Below, one piece after another: positions 48,734 through 62,338 of a DNA stretch of 64,000 nt (position 1 is its first letter; each line of letters opens with the position of its first letter). The stretch lies in NCBI GenBank assembly GCA_977030845.1, contig OZ365110.1, positions 55,738,001 through 55,802,000 of the forward strand. The letters run 5' to 3'. Both the position numbers and the translations under genes were made by a program. The stretch is from Fimbriosthenelais zetlandica. Taxonomy: Eukaryota. Below the pieces are notes generated by a model, which had not been told where the DNA came from, did no database searches, and worked only from the letters and a program-made list of their open reading frames with translations.

Positions 48734-50956
48734 TCATAACCGAGTTGCGCACTATCAGCCAATGGTACGTCTATGGGATAATGCGCGTATCTTACTTTAT
48801 GAAACGCGCCCCCGCTGCTGACCCCCTCATCCTGTTTGCTCACAGTCGAGTCAGATCGTGGCTGACCATAATCCCTCACTGGCATTCATAACGTTTTCTA
48901 TATGTGATTACAAAGATTCCTAAATTGCATTGAGAAATTCTGACATGAAAACGATTTGGCATTAGTGGGTGGTGGGGTAGGGGCAGAGGGTGGAGATTGG
49001 CCAAGGCTGACCACAGAGTGCTCGGTTTTATCCCATTACTTGACCACGACAAGCTCGATCTCTGACTGTGTCCTCAACACTCATTCTATGAGCAGAAACC
49101 TCGGCTGAGGTTATAGGAGGACCGAGGGTGAGGGCCGAGGCCTTTTGGGATAGGTACATGTGCCTGGCCTTAACCACCAAGGATGTCAAAGTTCAAAGAG
49201 CAAATCATATCAGAGCACTCGGCCGGATAATAAAATAATACATTTATCTCAAATTGATGCCATTTCAGAAATGGTATTCTCAAGATCTTTTCATATCTTC
49301 CCGGTCCTGCCATCTTGGAGACTCAGACCAGAGCTACTGTTTGCCTGATGCAGTGTGTGGGGGGGGGGGGGGGGGCGTTGCATAAAAAATATCTTACTTT
49401 TGGTTGTACAGATCATTGGGATCCAGATCTTTGTCTCCTACAAAAAGCGTTTCATGAGAAAAATGTTCTGTCCCTGTTTTAAGATTTGGAAGTTATTAGG
49501 TTTTGTCTCCAACAGGGGTTCAACTTTTTGAAAGGCAATTGGCTAAAAACACACCCCGACTGCAATAATTAAGGAATATTTTAATTTTAGGTTACACTTT
49601 TTATGAAGCCATCCCTGAACCTACAAAGTAAACATGATTTCCATTTCTTGCTCCCGATTTTCTTATGGGAAAATTCCTAGGCCTAATGAAGACAATCTCT
49701 TTTGCCAAAAAAAGAGACTCCTTTGAGCGCATTATTTAGAACTAAGGAATTCACTCATATTTGTGAAACATTTCATCTGCCAAGTTCCCTCATTTCTATA
49801 GTAATACAAAAATTAATTCGGATAAAAATTGCATCCATTTGATTTTGAAATGATATGATAAACAGACAAACCTGACAACATTAAATCCTTTGACGATCAA
49901 CAACCCTCGTCCCGGGAATTAATATTCAACTGCATCTCTTTTTTACACATCTGCGCCACTTTTGAAGAGCTTGGGTAAATTTGATTTCTCGGCCATCGAG
50001 ATGAGTGGAGAGGGCTGGCTTTGTTGACATGTCAGACAATCAAACAAGCATCTACATGGATGTGTTTAATGGGCAATTGAAAGCACCCAGTCATTCAGAG
50101 ATGTCGAGGATTGGGGTCTTGTTTGTACGATCTGCCGGAGCCCTGGCCAGCCCCATCATCATCTCTCAGTCTCTCACAGCAAAAGCTGTTCATCTGAAAG
50201 GAAAAGTTAACATGAATTGTGGTCAAATGACTACACGTCAGTACAGTGTTATGTAAATATGTAGAGCCTAGAGACTTTCATTTCATTCCTGGAAAAATAG
50301 CGACACATTAGCCCCTTAAAACAATAGATTATATCTTCATGAAAGTACCAGTTCATCCTGAATTTAACCAGTGTGTATGAAATGGATCTCAAAAGGAAAA
50401 TTAGCAAAATTTTTGTTTTGAAATGGGCTCCAGATTTCAGTTACCGTACATTTGAAACTTACCATACAAAAGTATCTTTTATTTAATTGTAATTTTCTCT
50501 TTAAAATCCAAATGAAAATACATTGTGGGAGGTGCGTGGGGTGACGAAACCATAAAAAAACTATTTGATCGACAACAATCCACATACATCCAGTATCCTG
50601 TCTTTTGTTTAATTGTCCTTCAAAGCAAAACCAGAATAGGTGGCAGCACCTGCCGGTACTGGGTAGTCCCCTCCACTCCCATCCCCATCACAGACATACA
50701 AACTCATTCAAACAATCACAATTAATGGAACAAATAGATCAAAATGGGAAGCATTAATGTGGCTTAAGAGATTATGTAAAGGAAAGAGGCTTCAAAGTCT
50801 TTCTCCCAATCTTAGAACCCGTTTCTTAGATGAATCAAACATGGGACTGTATCATTCCAAAAACCGCACGATTTTCAGTCGGGGAAACCATTCATTTTAG
50901 GGAGTCATTTGGTAAATTGGAAACATTCAAATACTATTGGGAAGAAAGTTTGGAAG
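48734..50956. repeat. Tandem segmental duplication, copy 2
   Basis: Begins inside a MITE copy (tcataacc...ttatgaaacgcgccc) and ends at gaaagtttggaag, the same breakpoint as copy 1. Confidence 0.97.
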
Positions 50957-53447
50957 CTTTGAAAAAATAGTAGAGAGCAGTAAAATGATATTTCAGTCAA
51001 CTTCCGGTTGCAATTATGCAACGATGGTGGACCTTTTCCACCCAAGCTTTGTATATGAAGATTTGTAAGGACATAATGGATTAAACTGCACGATTTATTA
51101 TCCTGCTTCGGTGATCAAAAACCTTTAAAATGCATACTTTGACACCTTTAAGGGAAATACCAGCCACAAGTAGTGGTCGGTGCAGCTGTTACCAAGTTTG
51201 ACCAAGTTTTCCCTGAAGCTAAGTTACGTAACTATGACAGCTATGACGTCAGGGCTTTCATGAGTTACGTCATTTTAATGACAGGCAAAACAGGATTTGT
51301 CATTGTCCATCTTGTTATTTGTCCACATGAGGAATTGCTGAGAGGAGGGGCTGACAACCTAAATGACAAATCTGAGGTCAGAGGGGCGGGGCCTCGAGTC
51401 AAAGGAGTTAAAGGGGAGGGCCGCCATCTTACATTGAAACCCCCACTGGGTCATAGGGGATCAAAGAAGATTGTATGTCGTCACAATTAGACAGATTTCA
51501 AAGAGCTGTGGCCGTTCAAATCAGAGCAAGACATCAAGACAAATGAAAGAAAGTTTCTATGTAAGAGGAGGCCCATGATTTCGAGCTAATGAGAGTTGGA
51601 CGAAAATTCTAGTGACGTCCTTGCGAGCAGCAATTGGCCTACAAACACATCCTGCTCAGGTCAAACTTTTTGTATGTATTTGCCTTGTAGATATATACTT
51701 CAGGTGTGGAAACCATTTCTTGATTGTCTATAAATGTTAAAGGTGATTTTAAGTTTGTCTAGTCTTTCAAATTGAAGGCCATACGTTGCTGAACGGTCGG
51801 GTGGCCTTTGACTTCCGGTCTGTGAGGTTACACGTCCTCTCTCCTCTCGCTGGTTGTCATGGCGAGGACGTCTCAATCCGCCAGACGTGGCCTTGGGGCG
51901 TTCAGGGCTGCCACAGCTGCATCTGAACTGATTATTACGAAAAATTCTGATCTATTATTGAACCGCTTGGGGCCTATAGGGTTTGTGTGTGGGCTAGCAG
52001 TGTAAGTGGCAATGGCAGACTCTGAGCAACGGTACAATGGCTTAAAATTAGGACTTCGTTTGGGTTCTTGTTGGGTAACGGCAGATTGCTGTAGCACTTA
52101 GAGGGATATGCCTTGGGCTGGAGGAAAGGTTCCACTCTCTACTACGGCACCGGGTCAATTAACAGGATAGAAGTTGCTAATTAGATCTTAGAAGCTAGCC
52201 AAGGTGGCCATTACCACTGGCTTAAAATATAAAATAGGCCATGTCCACCACTGCCCATCCCCTGAGGGACTAACCATGCATACTCCATGGGAGGTGGAGA
52301 GCAATTGGTTCCCGTGCCATCATTAAAAAATGGCAAATTATCATACTTAAAGTGTGGCATGCATTGAAAATTAACCCATTATCATATCTATACGGGGTGG
52401 TTTTGTAAGAGAAATGCATGCGCATCTATTTAATGGTACATTTTGGCATACATTTTCCCATTGAGTATGCATTCTAGGAGGCGTTTTTTCCACCCATTGC
52501 AGATATCCAAAAGAGGGTGGGGGTCCTGTTCCCCTGGACCTCGCCCTAAAAACCCTTAAAACTGAAAAGAACTGAAATATTTAAAAAATGAATACGATAT
52601 GAAATAGGCGAACAGCAATCCTATCTTTCTTCATTTTTACTATCTTATAGGCCCTAATCCCCATTCGCTCGGCACCTGTTGCTTGCTCAATTCCCACACG
52701 ATTCCCGCCCAACCCAAATATAAACCATCCATGGAATACCTCTTAAACGCCCTGGTATTTAATCCTGGCAGAGAAACAGATTTAATGATAATTAGAACTA
52801 GAGTAATTACTTTGATAATTCTGAGGGCCTTAATCGAAGAAGAAATCAAAGTGACTGTGAGGAAGGCCAATCAATGGGGGACATCAAAGTGGGAGAGACT
52901 GATTAATCTTCATTGAGCTGCTCACTATTGTCTTTCCCTCAACTAAGGGAGAGTTGCTCATTTCCCTATAGTTTCCCCCTCCCTCTTCCCCCTCCCTCTT
53001 CCCCCATTCCCAATTGGTCTTTCACACATCTTAGCTTACTCGGATTCAATTAGCCGGCGATTCAATTTTCGTGGCGGTCGACATTGTTTACAATCGAGCA
53101 TCTATAGACCGAGCAGGCCACACGAGCAGCTCACATTGTTCAGTTATAGCCACAAAAATCTAATCACACCGACAGACAGACACATTTTTCTATCTTTTCA
53201 CTCATCTCTCATATGGGGACAACACTGATTAAAATACGAGCCGTCTTTTTATACCGCTGGTCCTGGCTCACTGAGAGGGGGAAGATATGTTTTTTTCAGG
53301 AAGAGTAAACGGGGAATTGTAATTTGGTTATAATGAGAAGCGGTATGGACTTTGTATGGTAGGGATGGAGTGGGTGGTATATTAATTAATGTGAGGGGAT
53401 ATAAAGTACAATGACATGATATTACAGGAAGTGGGGGTGTGGGTGTT

Positions 53448-53664
53448 CACACGGCTAAGACCTCTCAAAGACTTCCCAGCTTCTGCCATAGTACAAACAT
53501 TTAGCCGGCAATTTAGTTAGTAATTGAGTGAGTGAAAATTGGAGAAGTTATATTGGACAATTTAGAGAAACTATGCAATGATTATTAACAGTTGCATAAC
53601 TATTAACTGCACCATAACCCCAATGATACATCTATGGGATAATATGCAAGCATTTTTATGAAAC
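53448..53664. repeat. Dispersed copy of the 48375-48805 segment, lacking the SINE body
   Basis: cacacggctaagacctc...gagtgagtgaaaatt|ggagaagttatattggac...ctatgggataat...tttatgaaac. Confidence 0.9.
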
Positions 53665-53685
53665 AATTACAGTTCAGCTCATCCA

Positions 53686-53754
53686 GGGGCCTGTTTCAGA
53701 ACAACCATTAGCAATGCTAAGTCTATGGGAAATTTTTACGCTGAAACAGGCCCC
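53686..53754. mobile_element. 69-bp MITE, Harbinger-like
   Basis: GGGGCCTGTTTCAG ... CTGAAACAGGCCCC, perfect 14-bp TIR. Confidence 0.85.
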
Positions 53755-56700
53755 TTATCGATGTGAATCAAAGATCGCAGTTAAAGTGTCTATAATCGTG
53801 CCTAATCGGGCCAGTGTGAACCCCCTATTTATCATTATAAACACTGTGGACCTTCCCTGCCTGGCCAATATTAATCCATATCTCTATACCTCCCCATCAC
53901 CACCATATAGTAATCCAGCAATCTTCATTTTATGATTCACTGGGCCAGGCAGACATGGAGGCAGAGACAGGGAAGGGGGACATGAGGAATTTTTCAAACA
54001 TTGCCCGGGGCTGAGGAAAGCCGAGGGAAGATTTCATATTGTGAGATTTGCGCGAACAAACTTGATGAATCAGATTATGTTTGCTCACCCCTCCTTGTCA
54101 CTGACGGTGATGGGGCTTCCTCCCCAACCTGACCCAGTAAAACTCTCACCTATTCACGCACTATATTGCATGGACTTTTTTTTATGAAACACTTAATTCC
54201 TTCTTCGTTTCATAATAACCAACCTAAAGGTCTGTAACTCCAATTATCAAATGTCATTGACGAGGCCTTGCTGCAAAACCCTGATAGCCAGGTATATTTA
54301 TTTTCTCTTAGTTTCAGAATAAAGTGCCTAAATGATATCTATAATGAAATGCTCTTTGTGAGGGCATGTTTCAAAATAAATGTTTATCATAAATATACCA
54401 GACGGGCTCTTGGGTATATATGTTTCAAATCAAACTTGCGCTCTATTACATAATGCAAGCCTCCGGCCTAATAAAGCCATCAGATGTAGGCTATCTTTAT
54501 TGTGCAACGCCTCTGAGGTCCCCAGGCTTTTGAGGCTTTGTGTGGTCGTACCTTATGAAACGTAATTCAAATATGCGCATCTTTTTATGCAACCAAGATT
54601 GATACCTTCCATTGCACTTCTTTCATGTCTACCCATTCCCGCGGTCCATCTGACAGACTTATAGGTCCCTATATATTAAACTCTATGAGCCGTTAGTTCA
54701 AATTGAACTTGACAAACATTGCCGAGCTCTTCCCCTCAACATTAGAAGCTGCCAAGAAACCTAACGCATCAAAAAAGACGCATGTGAGGGCCCCGGGGAG
54801 TTTGAATTAGGCATCTGGCATGGGTTACTCCCGACTTATTTTCACTATATATGGTAAATTCTCAACCACGGCGCTTCCTTCCCTTATGAGAGGGCTATAA
54901 GCCCCGCAGGTATGAAGCGCTGAAATCGCTGCTTTTAATTAGCCAAGCCATTAGCATATTAATTAAAGAAAACAGGCGACAGATGCGGGAGCCACTTAAA
55001 CAAGGCCTTTTTTGAGTTGGTTTTTTAATAGATGAAGAAAATGAGGCATGGTGAGGGGTGAGGGTGGGGTTGGGGGTGGGCGGGGGAGGTGTTGGGCGAC
55101 ATCGCAAGGGTCGCAAGACCAAATCCATGAGAGTCAAACATGCCAAAGACATATCATACAGTTATAATATTATACTCTTCACCTGTCGATCGCCCTTTAT
55201 GAATTATTATTATAAAACGCCTTCATCTTGCGCGCTAATCCCTCCTCCTGCGTACACCAGCTTTTATGAAACCCGGGGGGGGGGGGGTCCTGAAAGATTA
55301 AAAACATCAAGGATGGAGAAAGGAGAGGGATTTAGAAGGATATATTAATTATGCACATCAGCAAGATATGGAATTTCTAATCACTTCTAAGTAGCACAAG
55401 GCAGCGCGTAATATGACATGGAATTGTTTTTAGGTTTTAGATCGTTTTTAATCCCCCTCCGTGGGGAAGATTCGGTTCTTGTTTTCAAATCTCAGGGATA
55501 TTCAGCGTGTGAGAGGATATGAAGTTTTTTTCTGTAAGGGGCCCGGGGGGCAATGGGGGAAATTTTAAGCCCCTGTCAGAAGTCAGAAGTTGGTATAAGC
55601 TGGAATAATCCTCAATACATATATCACGTTAAGTCCCTCAACGTCTTACGTCATCTTACCACAGACGTTGAAGCTTATGCCTGACGTATAATGTCATTGA
55701 CACTTTTCAAAAGTAGTTTAGTTCTGGGCATTATATATCCATAAGGCAATGTGTTAATTTCCTATGGTTAATTTGACCTCACGTATGTTACCTTTCCAAG
55801 AACTTCGTGGTTCATTCTTTCCAGCTAGCTACGCCATCGGTAGGCTAATGACACATTTGTATTCATGACACAGTTATTATGATTTCAGCTCAAATCTCAT
55901 GGATCGACAATCATTCTTATAATTTCTGCTGAACTATAAGGAAATGGCACAGCATTTCTTACAATTTTCTCCACTCTTTGTCAAAATAATAACAGCTATC
56001 GTCAGGCCAAACGATGGCCAAAAAATAACAATATCATTATTGATATTGTCCAATTGATATTGTCCCTCAAACGTTAGAATAGCACGCAAAGATCGCCCGA
56101 GTCCATCGCATGACAATCGCTTCTGTCTCAAGACCTCCTTTCTGTCACTTTCCCTGATTAGTCTCCATCATAATTTAATCTACCTGTATAGGTATACATG
56201 TATACACCTTGTATAGACACACGGTCCGATGCTTCAGGCGAGCCCGCCGCCATACCCCGACCCACACCCGGGCGTCCTCAACATATACCCCCGGGACCAA
56301 TCCCGGGGGAGCAGTCCCTAGGGTGGTCCCTCTCCCTATCCCCTATTACTTGTAACAATATATTGACTGCCATTTTCTTCCATTTTCCCCACTAAAACTT
56401 TTCTATAGATAATTCAAGTTTTCCTAGAAAACAACCACTTTTTCTATACTACTCACGAGAAACTCCTAATCTTTTCTCTATACATTTCAATGCCATTACT
56501 TTTCAAATACCTCCTTTAAATAGATCTATAACCCACATTTTCCTGTTAAAGATAGACAGATTAACCCTATGAGAAGCTATATATAATGGTGCAGGTAAAT
56601 AAAGGGATCTAGAGAGCCTAATTTACTGAGTCAGGTAGAAGGAGCGGATGATGAGAGAGCTGGCCGCCGGAGGTAGGTAGATGTATATAGGCCGGAGCTT

Positions 56701-58732
56701 GAAGGGAGGAGAGCCGCAGGCATCCCTGCTCCTCCCCTACCTCCCGCCCGCTCCCTCTCCCGATTCCCGTCCACCTATAATATACTCCTCCAGATTGGGT
56801 TTACTTTGGTTTTCTATAACCACAAATTTAACCTCGTTATCACTTGGACATTTAGTATGACTCCAGGGATATTTCTTGTGATATTAATGGAATTAATTTT
56901 AGAATACCAATTGCCTTCAATGGCTGACAATTGCTGAAGAAGGAGATCCGCAAGAGATTTCAATTTAAGCATTAATGAGCTGTTCATTTAACAAAATGAA
57001 TCCTTTCGAAGACAATATAGCAATTCTCAATATAGCAATTTGAAGCTGGAATGGAAAGGATGGGATTTCTTTCAATTAAAGCTATTCAGCTATTCAGGGA
57101 AGTCTTTCAAAGATGCAATGCATAGTTTAGAATCATAGATTTTCTATGGTAAATCTTGGCAGATAGAAAAAAATAAACCTAGTGGATTTTTCTATGGAAA
57201 TATAGGTGTACACAGAGTATATATCCCCTACCTATATGTACAAGGACTCGCTTCCTCTCTCTCTCTGTCTCTGTCTGTCTCTCCCTATCTCTATCTATCC
57301 CGTTCTCTCTCCTTAATGGTAACTAAACCAAAGCAGCTAGGGATTATATGGAGGTATATTTAGGAGGGGAAACATAGAAACAAGGCTTGTATCTCAAGAA
57401 GTGTGCTGGGAGGCAGACTGTAGGTGTTGGTGTTGGCGGGTAAATTAACCAAGTTGAGAGGCAGCTCCCGCGGCTGCCAGCTCGGGCGGGGCAGCGTAAA
57501 GCCCGGGTCAGCCTGCCGCCCCAGGGTCAGCGCGCTCGAGGGGAAGAAACAAGAAAAAGTGGGACCAAACACAAATTTAGCGGCGAGTGAAGTGTCTAGA
57601 TCTATATAGGGAGTACCAACTAACACAGCTGCCTGAATGATATCACCTAGACTATACTGGCTCGCCACAGTGAGAGCCCAAACCCCTTTTGTCTCCTTCC
57701 TCCATGCTCGTTTTCACAGTCAAATGAAGCGAGGATATCCCCTTATTTGAAAAGCAATTTTCCAGCAATTGACAGCGCTAAACGTCGCTGCTTCCCGGCC
57801 TGACAATCACGGAATCACCGAGCCCTCTCCAACATGTGAAAATGTATGGGAATCAAATTGCTGTTAAATTGTTTGAACAGCAGTAGGGCAAAGTTGGGCA
57901 AAGTTGGGCAGGTTATTTCTTCTCGGTCATGGCAGTGTATACATGCATGGGTTTTCTGGGAGCATGCCGCCAAAGGACATTGGTTTGAGCAAAAGCCTTT
58001 GGTTTGGGCAGAGGTCTTCTACTATAAAAGGTACAGGGGCCACTGGTATACTGGCAAAGCACCAGCAAGTCACGCCAGAACTGCCAGAAGTTTACACAAA
58101 GGCTTGAAATATCTGTAAAAGATTATTTGGCCAAATTTTACGGAAAGGCCATTAAGAATATTTTGGGGTGTGTATCCTTGTTCAAAGCATTGCTTGAAAA
58201 TCTTAATTCTAAAACATTTTAACCGTATATCATCAACTACTGAATATGATTGTATCTTAATATAAAAGATACAAAAAAGAATAAAAGTATAAATTTAAGA
58301 TGTACAAAAGATAATAATATATAATTTAATTATATGCATTAAAATACTCAATATTGCGCATTATCACTATGTGTACTCTTGGTGTTTTTGTATAGTTCCC
58401 GATAGGACATACAGGGGTCACCACCGTCCGGTGGCTTTATTCTGGCATCTCCACCTTTTCCTTTAGAATCCCATCCGTCTACCCATTGAACATTCGGCCA
58501 GGCAGACGGCAGACTTAACCCAAAAGCCACCGTGCAAATGGATTTGCCGAGCAAACAACAAAAGCGTCCAATGTGGCGCAGTAAGTCGACACTGTGCCGT
58601 GTAATACGTGATAACCACATGGCTCCCACTAGCTTTAAGATCATTACTGTGTATCCGACAGCTTCCCGACAAGTAAATCATTAATCTGATACCGTGTTAA
58701 GGTTACCCAAGCCTCGTGTTGTGAGGCGAGGA

Positions 58733-58769
58733 GGTGGTGAAAGGTGGTGAAAGGTGGTGAAAGGTGGTA
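58733..58769. repeat. 10-bp tandem repeat (ggtggtgaaa, about 3.7 copies)
   Basis: Directly visible. Confidence 0.9.
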
Positions 58770-61700
58770 ACCCGAGAGGCCTTCACCACGCGCAAATTAC
58801 CGCCACGGACAGGAGTAAATGCTCTATAGCGAATGGTAGTCAGATTAGGCCGTGAGTGTAAAGGCTATTTGAAATGGTGGGAAATAATATGACCTATTGC
58901 CACAGGCGACAGTCTTGTTTTTTTGTTTTTTTTAGGGGAATTTAGATTGAATCGCGGTCGTCTATTGCAAGGGAAGAAGGGGACTAGCTAGGAAGACGTC
59001 GAAAAACATGGAACAGATTTTTCAAGGGAAATTTTAAATCCAAAGGAGTGCATTGAAACTATATTTTGCTGCTTTCTCAGTCGATTTTTTTTTCTGGAAA
59101 ATAATGCCAATAATCTCGGGTAAGTTCCATGAGAAAATGCGCAACTGTAGCGTATTTCTAAGAAACAAGTACCTGAAGATGCCTATAGCAACGTCCTGGA
59201 GAAAAAGAAACACTGGCCCTATATATATAACATCATAAAATATAGCCTACATTTCCTTGGTAGATATAGCCTATAAAACCTATGAGGTGAAATATACCCT
59301 TCCTTGGCCTAGATTCCCAAATTAGCCCTGTCACCAAACTACACCGTATTCACCGCCAATCTCTTTAATTTCCTGCCTTCCAAATGCATGTCAACCAATT
59401 TTTGTGATTGGGCAGAGTAGAGATTTGTTCGTGGGACGGTGGGAGCAGGCTCGGCTGATGACCTTTGAAGACAATGGTTGCCATGGGAAGGTCGCTGGGG
59501 TAGTGATTATACTAATCAACTATAGAGCCTTTTATAGTGGACATTCACCCTGCCTTGCTTGCTCCTACAAACACTGACAAATCCGAGCAGTCACTTAGAA
59601 GAGCAGAGAGCTTGTAATCTGTTGTTCTTTGTTTAGATCCCACCACTGATTAAATTTCCCTCCATTGCAATGAAACAGGAAGTCTCACATCAACGAGATG
59701 CCGCGTGGAAGTCCGAGGTTTCAGATTGATAAAATCCCATCATTATCATAGTCTTCTTAAAGCTCGCTGGGAATTAAATATCATAATCGAGGCGGGCCTT
59801 AATCAACTTGGGACTGGGAGTATTAAAGCCAATGCTCCCCTCATGGCTAATTTACCGAAATTACTAATTTCAATGCAGAATCTTTGATACGTAGATGTTT
59901 TTGGGATCTGTAATGGCGTAATTATTTTTGCAAACGGGCCTTTGTTGAATGTCTGTCTTTTTGATCTGGTAAAATATCTCAATGGTTAATTGGCAAACAC
60001 AGGACATGTTAATGGCTTTAAAGCATAGCAATGTTTTTCACCCATTAGTACCCTTCTTTCAAACTGTTTGAACAAATCAAGATGAAGATACAGAAAATTT
60101 AACAGCGGAAAAATTGTCTTCGTCAGACCAATTCCAAACACTTAACTTTCAAAAAAAACATTACAAAGCTTTCAATCCATTTGAATTATGTCCTTTTTAT
60201 CAGAAAAATTAATAGAGATTTGATTTTTATCAGAAATTGCCATGCAGGAATAGGCTATTCCCCCCTTTGTTCATTTTGATTTGGTTTTATATTGCAAGCT
60301 TGCTGTCAGTTTAATGGTCAAATGGAAAGGCTTGACCAATGGCTACAATAAACGAACTTGACAAAAAATGACCTTCTAGTAGAACCCTTGACGCAGGGTC
60401 ACTCGGTTAAGTGAATGTCGCTATTGTTATGAGATTTTTCGCCTCTGATCTCAAGTGACATGGAAGGTTGTTTTTTTCTCGGACCACCATCCACTTGTCG
60501 ACACTGATGATATGGGAAACAATGATTTAGATGAGATGGATCCTGACAGGGGTATGGACTCCCTGCTTGACCAAACCAGGATCAGAGCCCTAACAATTAT
60601 AGCTGGGGACCGATTCATAACAAAGATGTATTATTTTCACTCATTTTAAATCATTTATTCTGAAACAAGCCCTGCAACACATCTTTCGTGATATTTCGGA
60701 TCACATTTAAGAGTTTTTGAGTTAGAAACTTCCACGAGAATGAAACTCCCATTCTAGCGTATATCAACAAACATTTTCCCAGATGACAAAACTATTTATG
60801 TCTAATCAGGAAAATTTATTGCCTGAACCAAAGTCAAGTATAGGCTATCAAATAAACAATCCAAATTACCACAAATACAAAATATAATCAACGGCCATGA
60901 TTTAAATACTGTCATTTGTCACATCTCTAGACCGGGAGTGGACTTTAGAGTTGGTGGTTGGTATTGTTAACCCCCTCTTTCTTGACCTGTCCACTGCGGT
61001 CACTTCTGACCATCACCCCCTGCAGCCCCATGATTATCTGACCCCAGCCTGGACACCAATGTGATTAGTAAACATTACAGTGAAATCACTTCCTCTCTCA
61101 CAGTCTGATAGCCCAGTGCTTTACCCCCCCCCCCCCCCCCCCCCCCCCGCTTTTCACACATCTAGGATGTCCGGCCAATCTAGATCTTTCCAGATAAGGC
61201 GAGCGGGGTATAAAAAATGGGCTCAGGGAGAATGGGACAAAGGTGCGGATTTCGAGTCTGCTGCGGACATTGATCCCCAGTATCGACTCAAGAGAAAGCT
61301 CTATATCCCAAATGTCCATCTCAAAACCATTTGGTGATACACTCCAAGAGATAAGTTAGCTACATCGATCTTAGAAGAGACAAGAACAGTGGCGATCCTC
61401 CCACCACAAATCCTCCACCAACTGACACTTCCATTAACAATAAAGAATAGATGTGTTAGACACAATCCAACCTCAGTCCTCAACTCTTTGTCACTGAGTC
61501 CGACCCATACATGACAGGGCACTTTTGGTGGCACGTTCTTTTTTGTTTAATTGTCTCAAGTGTTTTTGTTGGTGATCGCCATGCATGAGAGTGAAATGTA
61601 TTTTATTTAAAATTGATTGAGTGACTTTGGTTCATCGTATTTAAGTTGCATACGTAGGCTTATACCTGAGAGTGGTTGACTCCCATCTGTCATTTAGCTG

Positions 61701-62276
61701 AACGTCTACAATTGTCTGTTGGCAATCACCATAATATAAACTGATTCAGTGAGTCACATTGTACTTCATTTATTTCCTATATCATTCATCATTAGTCATC
61801 CTTGAGGAGGGAATAAGTGACTGATATAAAGTTAAATTAGTTATACTTTAAATATATAACTAAGCTTCCCCTCAGGCTACAATAGGAAGCATTGGGCCCT
61901 CATTTGAACCTGTCATTCAATGCATTCGGTGAAGGTGAATTTTGAACTCAAAGATTTCATACAAAAGTATACACACCATGGGTTAATGTTCGGTAAAAAC
62001 CCATGTGTAGCATAGCCTTACCATATTACGATACTCGCAAAACGTTAGGGGTCTTCAGAAATGGATTTCACATCTTGCATTCACCACAAAATGCACTTAA
62101 AGGGGCAATGAGTACTCAAGCAATAAAAGAGTAAATGAGTAACCATTAGAAAGTCAAATGAGTACATGTATATGTACTCTAACAAAGTTCAAACTTGGAC
62201 ATTCCTTCATTATTCTATTAGAAAAAAATCACAATTCTTATGCTGTCTCCCTACGTGCTATTTTGTCGTAAGTATT

Positions 62277-62338
62277 GGGGCCTGTTTCAGATCAATCATT
62301 AGCAATGCTCAGTCTATTTTTACGCTGAAACAGGCCCC
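62277..62338. mobile_element. 62-bp MITE, same subfamily as 53686-53754
   Basis: Same 14-bp TIRs and internal cattagcaatgct.agtctat; an inverted partial copy (ctatagacttagcattgcta) follows at about 62380-62399. Confidence 0.85.

Noticed and set aside
47422-50725. Duplicated 83/73/66-aa ORFs as a two-copy gene
   Set aside because: The identity reflects the DNA duplication; there are no recognisable domains and the frames overlap on opposite strands.
51776-51800. ggccatac resembling the 5S rRNA 5' end
   Set aside because: The similarity ends after about 8 nt and there are no internal A/C boxes.
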